Shown one piece after another: positions 16,398 to 24,500 of a DNA stretch of 64,000 nt. The stretch spans positions 12,606 to 76,605 of the forward strand of contig JBJOEZ010000006.1 in assembly GCA_046048995.1 (NCBI GenBank), given 5' to 3'. How positions within the stretch are numbered: position 1 is the stretch's first letter; the number at the start of each line of letters is the position of its first letter. Below the pieces are notes generated by a model, which saw only the letters and a program-made list of their open reading frames with translations, was not told where the DNA came from and searched no databases. The translations under genes were made by a program, and so were the position numbers. Origin of the DNA: Verrucomicrobiota bacterium (lineage in GTDB: Bacteria; Verrucomicrobiota; Verrucomicrobiia; Limisphaerales; JADJPG01).

Positions 16398-18212
16398 TCA
16401 CCAGCCGACCTGGCGGCCCTTGTTCTGCTCCCGCAGGTAGGCCAGCAGGGGCTCGTAATACTCCAGCATGGGCCGGGCGCTCAGGTCCTCGCCCGTCGCC
16501 TCCCGGATGAGGGTGCGCCAGTCGCGCGTGGCCCCGGCCTGCATCAGGCGATGCAGGAATTCCCCCACCTGCCGGTTGCCGTAAAAATTGGAGTTCCGCG
16601 GATCCTGCTTCAGCAGCTTCTTCGCGATGTGCATGTGGAGCTGGTACTTGATCGCGTAGGCGATGGCATACTTGTAGTACTCCGCCGGGTCGTCGTTGAT
16701 GTGGGTCTTGGTGGCGGCGTCACAGAACTCCTCGCCGCGCGGCTCGGGCGGGGCCATGCCCTGGTAGCGCTCCACATGCTGCCACCAGCGGCGGTTCAGC
16801 TGGTCGGCCGGGAGGTTCTCCTCATAAAAGTCGTGCTCCCAGGCCGCCATCACCCCCGCCGCCCACGGCAGGCGGACCACCTGGTTCAGCGCGCTGTCCA
16901 GCAGCCACTGGGTCTCGTCGATGCGCAGGTCGGCCGGCACAATCCCAAGCTGGCGGAGGTAGGGCAGCTGGATGGTCGGGGTGGCCAGGGCCTCCGCCAT
17001 GGCCTCATGGAAGGCCGGGCAGGCCGCCTCGCGCAGGACAAACGGCACCTCCGGGCGGCGGTAGCTCAGGTCATAAAAGATGTGTCCCAGCTCGTGGTGC
17101 GTCGTCTCGAACCACTGGAAGTCCGCCTTCACGCTCATCAACGACCGCACGTCGCCGTCCAGGTTGATGTCCCAAGCCGAGGCGTGCGTGTTCTTCCTGC
17201 GGGTCGAGCCCGGCGGCAGCTCGTAGAGGTCGGACTTGGTCCAGAAACTTTCCGGGACCCGGGGCAGGCCGAGGGATTCCCCGTAGACGACCGCGTTGGT
17301 CACGATCCAGCCCGGGCTGACGCGCCGGAAGAGCGGGTCCAGGTCGGCGGCGGCGACCAGGCCCGGCCATTCCTGGCCCCAGCGGTTGCCCAGCCAGTGG
17401 GCCGGGATGAGGCGGGGGACGGGCTGGCCGTAGCGGGCGGCCAGCTGGTGGCGTGCCCAGCAATGGAGCTGCTCATAAAGCGGGCGGGCCTGGCGGACGA
17501 GGTCCTCGGTCAGCGCCCGCATCTCCGCCACGGTCATGCCGTAATCCGCCACCTGCAGCGCATAGAACGAGCGGTAGCCCATCTCGCGCGCGACGCGGTT
17601 GCGCAGGTCGCGCAGCTCAAGCAGGCCGGCCTTGAGGGCCACCCCGGATTCCTTCGAGGCCTTCCACACGGCCAGGCGCTCGGCGAGGTTCGTGGAGTTG
17701 ACCAGCAGGTCATCGATGCGGTTGACCCGGATGGGCTCGGGCCGGCCGGATCCGGGCGGGGTCCACTGGAAGGCAAACCCGTCCAGGGTGGCGCTTTGGC
17801 GGGCCTCGGCGGTCACCCGGCGGGTCACGACGTCCGGGATGGTGCCCGGGGCGTTGGCGGCCCGCAGGTAAACCAGGGCCAGCTGCCGGCGCGTGAGGTC
17901 GTCGTACTCGTTGGTGCGCCGGAGGAAGGCCCGGCATTGCTCGATCACATAGGCGCTGCCGACAAAGGCCGAGAGCGCCTGGTCGGCCCCGATGCGCCGG
18001 CCGGTGTTCTCGGGGGTGACGTCGGTGGCCGCCGCCCAGGAGGCCTCGCTGGCCGCGGTGGCCAGCGGCTGGTAAAGCCGGTTGTAGGCCTCCAGGAAGT
18101 GGGCGATCTCGGCCGGGGCCCGGCGGGCCGGGGCGGCCGGCAACGCGGTCACAAACGACGCCAACAGCAGGCAGGCCAGGGGGAGGGAGACGGGGCGGGA
18201 CAGCAGGCGCAT
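16398..18212 (-). CDS. M2-family zinc metallopeptidase (angiotensin-converting-enzyme-like peptidyl-dipeptidase), secreted
   Basis: The signal peptide is MRLLSRPVSLPLACLLLASFVTALPA. The HEXXH motif sits in TTHHELGHIFYD, with a downstream FHEAMAE that would supply the third zinc ligand Glu. Confidence 0.85.
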   Translation of the reverse strand: MRLLSRPVSLPLACLLLASFVTALPAAPARRAPAEIAHFLEAYNRLYQPLATAASEASWAAATDVTPENTGRRIGADQALSAFVGSAYVIEQCRAFLRRTNEYDDLTRRQLALVYLRAANAPGTIPDVVTRRVTAEARQSATLDGFAFQWTPPGSGRPEPIRVNRIDDLLVNSTNLAERLAVWKASKESGVALKAGLLELRDLRNRVAREMGYRSFYALQVADYGMTVAEMRALTEDLVRQARPLYEQLHCWARHQLAARYGQPVPRLIPAHWLGNRWGQEWPGLVAAADLDPLFRRVSPGWIVTNAVVYGESLGLPRVPESFWTKSDLYELPPGSTRRKNTHASAWDINLDGDVRSLMSVKADFQWFETTHHELGHIFYDLSYRRPEVPFVLREAACPAFHEAMAEALATPTIQLPYLRQLGIVPADLRIDETQWLLDSALNQVVRLPWAAGVMAAWEHDFYEENLPADQLNRRWWQHVERYQGMAPPEPRGEEFCDAATKTHINDDPAEYYKYAIAYAIKYQLHMHIAKKLLKQDPRNSNFYGNRQVGEFLHRLMQAGATRDWRTLIREATGEDLSARPMLEYYEPLLAYLREQNKGRQVGW

Positions 18213-18459
18213 GCCCCGGTATTGCGGAGAATGCGGGGGTGGGTCAACGGGAAAGCCGCCAGAGTCAACGAGCGAGCGAGGGTGGGAGTGAATGAATGGG
18301 GAAAGGGCGCGGGGGGGATCCCGGGGCCCGTTACCGGGGTTTTACGGGGGTAGTGGAGCGTAGCTCTCCCCATCGCGCGCGGGGCGGTCCGGGTTTAAGG
18401 AAGGCGTGCCGGCAGGCCCGGCCAACGCACACACGAACCTGAACCCCACCATCGACACC

Positions 18460-19224
18460 ATGCACAACACCCTCCGCCCCGTCGTCGCCGGCCTCACCGG
18501 GCTGGCCCTCCTCGGCCTCTCCGCCGCGCGCGCTGACAAGCAGGTCACCGCCGAGTTCGAGATGGCCATGCGCGTCAACGCCGTCGTGAACTCCTCCGAC
18601 TGCATGAACAACAACGGCCCCGAGGTCACCCTGGGCGGCGACATCACCCTGGACGGGATCAAGATGAAGCTCATCTTCAAGAACAACAAGAAGGGCACGC
18701 TCCAGACCGTCATCGTGAAGGAGACGTCGGTGACGCTCCTGCCCCTGGGCAGCAGCATCACCATCCCCAAGCAGCCGGTGCGCGGCGGCGTGGGCGGCAA
18801 CCCGCACATCTACCTCCAGTTCCATGACGGCAAGGGCGGCATGCTGAGCGACGAGTTCTACCTCGGCCGCTGCGTCCAGGGCCTGACCCTCTCGCCCGAC
18901 CTGCTGAGCGCCGCGCTCGCCCGCGCGAACATCCACACCGAGGCCTGCTCCAACAAGGGCGGCCCCTACATCACGCTGAACGGCGACCTCGTCCTCGGCG
19001 GCCTGCACGCCAACTTCATCTTCCGCAACAACGTGAAGGGCACGCACACGGCCGAGGAAACCCGCGACGTCTCCCTGATTGTCGAGGGCTCGACCATCAC
19101 CCTGCCCAAGCAGCCCGTGAAGGGCGGCGTCGGCGGCAATCCCATCATCGGCATCCAGTTCCTTGAGGCCGATGGCGCCCCCATCACCCAGCCGGTCGAC
19201 CTCGGCCGCTGCAACACGCTGTAA
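18460..19224 (+). CDS. Secreted protein of unknown function built from two tandem ~90-aa Cys-bounded repeats
   Basis: The signal peptide is MHNTLRPVVAGLTGLALLGLSAARA. The two halves (nt 18601-18873 and 18946-19212) share C-x-N-x-GP-x-[VI]TL-x-GD, IF[KR]NN-x-KGT, IT-x-PKQPV[RK]GGVGGNP and LGRC. Confidence 0.7.
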   Translation: MHNTLRPVVAGLTGLALLGLSAARADKQVTAEFEMAMRVNAVVNSSDCMNNNGPEVTLGGDITLDGIKMKLIFKNNKKGTLQTVIVKETSVTLLPLGSSITIPKQPVRGGVGGNPHIYLQFHDGKGGMLSDEFYLGRCVQGLTLSPDLLSAALARANIHTEACSNKGGPYITLNGDLVLGGLHANFIFRNNVKGTHTAEETRDVSLIVEGSTITLPKQPVKGGVGGNPIIGIQFLEADGAPITQPVDLGRCNTL

Positions 19225-19253
19225 GTTTCACTGCCAACCCACCCCTGCCAACG

Positions 19254-19287
19254 GCGGCGGACCCTCCCGGGTCCGCCGCTTTGCTTT
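19254..19287 (+). terminator. Rho-independent terminator
   Basis: A perfect 11-bp stem gcggcggaccc / gggtccgccgc has a 4-nt loop and is followed by tttgcttt. It starts 30 nt after the stop at 19224. Confidence 0.6.
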
Positions 19288-19366
19288 GGCCGGGGGTGGG
19301 CGGCGTCCGCGGCGGGGGCCGCGCCCGGTTCTTGCCTTTCCTGCGGCCGCCGCTTTAATCCCGCGC

Positions 19367-20740
19367 GTGGCACAGCAACAAACCCTGCGGCAGGCGGTCA
19401 GCTTTTCCGGGGTGGGCCTGCACAGCGGCAACCGGGTGCAGATGACCTTCCTCCCCGCGCCGCCCAATTCCGGCATCCGTTTCCGGCGCATCGACCTCGA
19501 CGGCAAGCCCGAGATCGAGGCGCGCATCGACCACGTCACCCAGACCAACCGGTCGACCACCCTCGGCAAGGGCAACGTCAAGGTGACCACGGTCGAACAT
19601 GTGCTGGCCACCTTCGCCGGGTGCGGCGTGGACAACGTCATTGTCGAGCTGGACGCCAACGAGCCGCCCATCGCGGACGGGAGCGCCCGCCAGTATTGCC
19701 GCATGGTGGACGAGGCCGGATTGGCCGCCCAGGCCGAGGCCCGGGAACCGTTTGCGGTGACCGAGCCGATCGAGCTGCAGACGGAGGATTCCCTCATCTC
19801 CATCTTCCCGCACGACCGCCTCAAGATCTCGTGCACGAGCGCCGATCACGCCGGGCGGTTCTCGCAGTTTTACAGCGTCGAGATCACCCCCGAGACCTGG
19901 CGGCGCGACATTGCGCACGCGCGCACGTTCTGCTTCTTCGAGGAGATCGAGTACCTGATCAAGAACGGCCTGATCAAGGGGGGGTCGCTCGAGAACGCGG
20001 TGGTCATCCGGGACGACGCGGTCCTCACCACCGAGCCGTTGCGCTACCCGGATGAGTTCGTCCGGCACAAGATTCTCGACATCATCGGCGACCTGTTCCT
20101 GCTCGGCCGGCCCCTGCACGGCCACATCGTGGCGGTGCGCCCCAGCCACTCGCTCAACTGCGAGCTGGCCCGCGCGCTGCAGGCCCGCCTGCGCAAGCCG
20201 CTCGAGACCAAGCAGGCCTTTGCCCCGCCGCCGCCCGCCCTCGATCCCCGCGCCGCCGCCCGCCCCAACGCGGCCGAGATCGAGAAGATGATGAGCGACG
20301 GCTCCAGCCTCGACATCATGCAGGTGATGAAAATCATCCCGCACCGGTTCCCCTTCCTCATGGTGGACAAGGTGCTGAAGATCGAGGGCAACCGCATCAC
20401 CGCCCAGAAAAACGTCAGCATCAACGAGCCGTTCTTCCAGGGCCACTTCGAGGGCCATCCCATCATGCCCGGCGTCCTCCAGCTCGAGGCCATGGCCCAG
20501 GTCGCCGGCATCCTCATGCTCAAGCAGGCCGAGAACTTCGGGAAACTCGCCTATTTCATGAGCGCCGAGAGCGTGAAATGGCGCAAACCCGTCCGCCCCG
20601 GCGACTGCCTCGTCATCGACATCGAGCTGGTCAAGTCCCGCGGCAAGATCGGCAAGGCCAAGGGAGTCTGCCTCGTCGACAACGAGCCGGTCAGCGAGGC
20701 CGAGGTCACCTTCGTGCTCATCGAACGCGAGGGCTCCTAG
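19367..20740 (+). CDS. lpxC/fabZ: Bifunctional UDP-3-O-acyl-GlcNAc deacetylase / 3-hydroxyacyl-ACP dehydratase (LpxC-FabZ fusion)
   Basis: LpxC blocks are SGVGLHSGN, TTVEHVLA and HKILDIIGDLFLLG. FabZ blocks are IPHRFPFLMVDKV, FFQGHFEGHPIMPGVLQLEAMAQ. The GTG start at 19367 follows the terminator. Confidence 0.9.
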   Translation: MAQQQTLRQAVSFSGVGLHSGNRVQMTFLPAPPNSGIRFRRIDLDGKPEIEARIDHVTQTNRSTTLGKGNVKVTTVEHVLATFAGCGVDNVIVELDANEPPIADGSARQYCRMVDEAGLAAQAEAREPFAVTEPIELQTEDSLISIFPHDRLKISCTSADHAGRFSQFYSVEITPETWRRDIAHARTFCFFEEIEYLIKNGLIKGGSLENAVVIRDDAVLTTEPLRYPDEFVRHKILDIIGDLFLLGRPLHGHIVAVRPSHSLNCELARALQARLRKPLETKQAFAPPPPALDPRAAARPNAAEIEKMMSDGSSLDIMQVMKIIPHRFPFLMVDKVLKIEGNRITAQKNVSINEPFFQGHFEGHPIMPGVLQLEAMAQVAGILMLKQAENFGKLAYFMSAESVKWRKPVRPGDCLVIDIELVKSRGKIGKAKGVCLVDNEPVSEAEVTFVLIEREGS

Positions 20741-21525
20741 TGCATCCCGCCCCCGTCACCGTCCACCCCACCGCCCTCGTCCACCCGGGAGCCCGCCTCG
20801 GCGCCGGCTGCGTCATCGGCCCCTACTGCCTCATCGGCGAGCACGTCACCCTCGGGGACCGCTGCCACCTCCACGGCCATGTCGTCATCGACGGCCACAC
20901 CACCCTCGGCTCCGACAACCAGGTCTACCCCTTCGCCTGCCTCGGCCTGCAGACCCAGGACCTCAAGTACAAGGGCGGGATCACCCGCACCGAAATCGGG
21001 AGCCACAACACCTTCCGCGAGCACGTCACCGTCCACAGCGCCACCGCCGACGGCGCCGTCACCCGCATCGGGTCCCATAACAACCTGCTCGCCTACACCC
21101 ACGTCGCCCACGACTGCCAGCTGGGACACCACATCATCATGTCCAACGTGGCCACCCTGGCCGGCCACGTCACCGTCGAGGACCACGCCATCATCGGCGG
21201 CCTCGCCGCCATCCACCAGTTTTGCCGGATCGGACGCCACTCCATGATCGGCGGCTGTTCCAAGGTGGTGCAGGACATCCCCCCCTTCATGATCGGCGAC
21301 GGCAACCCGGCCGAGACCCGCGCCCTCAACAAGGTCGGCCTGGAGCGCCATGGCTTCACCGCCGAAACCCAGTCCGCCCTCAAGTCCGCCTACAAAATCC
21401 TCTTCCGCCAGGGTCTCACCATCCCCAACGCCCTCGCCAAAATTGAGGCCGAGGTGGCCAACACCCCGGAAATCCTCCATCTGCTTGCCTTCGTCCGCTC
21501 CAGCGAACGCGGCCTGACCAAGTAG
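20740..21525 (+). CDS. lpxA: Acyl-ACP--UDP-N-acetylglucosamine O-acyltransferase
   Basis: Left-handed beta-helix hexapeptide repeats (HPTALVHPGARLGAGCVIGPYCLIGEHVTLG...) are present. The C-terminal helical domain is NKVGLERHGF...LKSAYKILFR. The GTG start overlaps the preceding TAG by 1 nt. Confidence 0.9.
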   Translation: MHPAPVTVHPTALVHPGARLGAGCVIGPYCLIGEHVTLGDRCHLHGHVVIDGHTTLGSDNQVYPFACLGLQTQDLKYKGGITRTEIGSHNTFREHVTVHSATADGAVTRIGSHNNLLAYTHVAHDCQLGHHIIMSNVATLAGHVTVEDHAIIGGLAAIHQFCRIGRHSMIGGCSKVVQDIPPFMIGDGNPAETRALNKVGLERHGFTAETQSALKSAYKILFRQGLTIPNALAKIEAEVANTPEILHLLAFVRSSERGLTK

Positions 21526-21548
21526 GAACTCCGGCGGCGCCCATCCGC

Positions 21549-24500
21549 TCAGGGCGTGACCACCCGGAAGAAACGGGCTGCGCCGGCGGCTGGCTGGGTG
21601 AACACGGCCGGACCGCTGACAGCCCGGGCCGGAAGGTTGGTCAGGGCCACCCATGATTCCCCGGTCGGGCCCGCCCCGCCCAACAGCGTGTAGGTCCGGT
21701 TGGACACCGCCAGGAACTGGACGCTGAACACCCCCTGGCCGAGCGCGACCGACTGCACTGCCAGCACGCTCGCCGCATCGAGCGGGTGGGTCCCGGCCCC
21801 GAACTCCTGCAGGTTGGTCATCCCGTCGCCATCCGGGTCGGCGCCGCCGTCCGCCACAAACGGCTGCGTGCCGTTGACCTGCTCCCACGCATCCGGCAGG
21901 CCGTCGCCGTCGCTGTCCGGACCCTCGCTGGTGAAGCGGCGGCCGGGGGTGGGTTGGGCGGCGATCCAGCTGGCGGGATCGTCGCCGTAGGTGAAGGGTT
22001 CGAGGCGCTGCAGCGAGGCCCCGCCGCCGTCGGCGGCCGGCGGCCACGGGGCGCGGTCGTTGTAACGGAGTTCCTCGACCACGATATGGCCCGTGCCATT
22101 GGTGTCGGGGACATCGGGACGCTCCAGGCGCAGGCGTTCGCCGCTGTCCTGCAGGGACCCGAGCCACGGGCCAACCACGGGAACGCCGGCGGGGACGGCA
22201 TACTTGGCGCGGAATTCGTCGGGGTTGCCGGCGGCGAGGACGAGCAGGCCGCCGGCCGGGATGACCAGGTTGGTGTTCAGCGCGTAGTCGAGGCCCGAGA
22301 CCCGCCAGGTGTTGGTCGGATTGGCCGGCTCAAGGAGCGCGACCGGATGGGTGGAGACGTTGAGCAGCTCGATGAACTCCTCCTCGCCCAACAGGGGATG
22401 GTAATGGATTTCGCTGAACACGACGGGCCCAATCCGGGGCCCGGCGTTGGCGGCGTTGAAGGTGCGGGCGATCTGCGCGGGGAAGGATTCCCCGCCGACG
22501 CTGTTGAGGTGGCGGCCGAAAGTCACGCCGCTGGGGGCGGCCCCGAACCCGAACCCATGGCCGTAGCCGGTGAGGGCGCCGGCGGCGTCCGCGCTGAAGA
22601 GGTGGACGGATTCGCCGTGGGAGCTGAGCGAGAAGCTGCCGTTGGTGCCCGGGGTCGCGTTGAAGTCGGACTCGCTGAAGGTGATGAACCCGCCGGCTCC
22701 CAGGGTGGTGCCGTCCGGGATGCGGAACTTGCGCGGCACGGCGCGGTCGTCCGTCAAAAACCAACCGCCAATCGACGCCGGCACGGCGCCGGGGTTGAAG
22801 AGCTCAATGGTGTCCGTGGGCGGGGCCGGGTCGGAGTGGGTGAGGATCTCGTTGATGACGACGGCCGGGATGGCCGGCTCGGGGTCATCGGCGCCGGGGG
22901 AGCCGCCCGGATGCGCGCTCGCGCGCCAGTCCGCGCCGGCGTCCGGGGCCTGGGCAAGCCCGGGTTGCCGGGGGACGAGCGAGAAGCCCAGGCCGTCGGC
23001 GGCGGCGGGCCAGGGCGGGTCATCGTTGTAGGCCACGCTGAACACCGTGCCCCCCAGCGCCAGCGAGAGCGTGAGCGTCTCGCCCGCGTTGTTCAGGCCG
23101 CCGGCGAACACCCCGTGGAGGGCCACGCCGGGATGGCGCGCGGCGAAGGTCGCCGCGTCGCGGACCAGGACACAAAACGCGCCCGGGGCCAGTTCGGTGC
23201 CGTTGGTGAAGGTAAAGCCGATGCCGCTGAAGACGAGGCCCGAGAGGTTGAGGACGTTGGTCCCGGTGTTTTTCAGTTCCACGAACTCGAGGAGATCGCT
23301 GTTGGTGAGGCCCGCCGTGGGAGCGGGGTTGAACATGATTTCCGTGAGGGCCAGGCGGCTGAGGTCCTGGGGCGGATAGAACGTGGCCTCGACGAGGGCG
23401 CTCCAGCTGTCGGCGCTGAGGACCCGGGCGCGGACGACGGTGGGCTGGTTGACGGGAAGCGGGGTGGCATAGGCCTGGGCCGACCCGGCGACGGCGCCGC
23501 TGCCATAGGTGCGGGGGTCGGCGCCGTCGGTGGTGTAGTAGATGGTCCCGGCGGGATTGGTGTGGGTGATGGCCAGGCTGAACCCGGCGGGGACAGCGCC
23601 GCCGTGCTGGCTGAAGGTGGGGGCGCCGACGGTGGGATAGAGGCCGGTGGCGCGCAGGCGGGCGATGTTGTCGGCGGTGAGCCTGGGGAGGAAGTTGGTG
23701 GAGAGCTTGTCGATTTCCGGCTGCCAGTATTCGTCGCGGGTGAAGGTTTGGCCGGTGCCGATTTGCCCGGCGGGCACGCCGGTCTTGCGGGCGTCGCCCC
23801 AGCGGGCCGACTCGCCGACCACGGCGCTGCGGATGAGGGCGGCCTGGCCGAGGAGGCGGGCGACACTGTTGGAGGGGGTGAGGGCGCCGCCGGTGAAGAG
23901 GTGCTTCTGGACGCGGTCGCCGAATTGGCGGCGGAATTCGGGCCAGGGCCGCAGCTGGTTGTAGACCCGGGCCGGGCTGTAGACCTCGCCGCCGGTGACG
24001 CCGACCCCGGTGCGATCGCGGCGGACGAGGCGGTCGAGGGTGAGTTCCTGGTCCCAGATGGTGCAGGTCCACTTGGTGCCGGGGAGCCCGTTGGTGGGGC
24101 GGCGCCGGGCGAGGTACCAGTTGTGGAACGGCCAGTCCTCCGACTCGGCGAAGATGTGGAGGAGCATGAAGTCGATCAGGTTGTCGAGGTCGACCTCGGC
24201 GCCGATGGCCTGGTAGGCGGCGTCGTTGGTGACGCCGGCGTTGGCGAGGGCAAGGACGGCGTTCCAGGAGGTGTTGGTGCCATCGACGATGTCGGGGGGC
24301 TGGTTGAAGTCGTTGCCCACGAGGACATCCCAGGCCCCCTCGGCCCCGCCGGCGTGCTGCGACCAATAGGAGGCGTCGATGCGTTCAGAGGGCTGGTAGA
24401 GGCCCCAGTAGAGGCCGTTGAGATAGAGGTGCACATAGGCGCTGCGGCTGGCCGTCCAGCCCATGGCGCGGAAGGATTCCTTCACCCACACATCACGCAG

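Noticed and set aside
19367-20740. The LpxC-FabZ fusion looked unusual
   Set aside because: This bifunctional fusion is a known arrangement in several Gram-negative phyla, including Bacteroidota and PVC members. It is annotated as a feature only.
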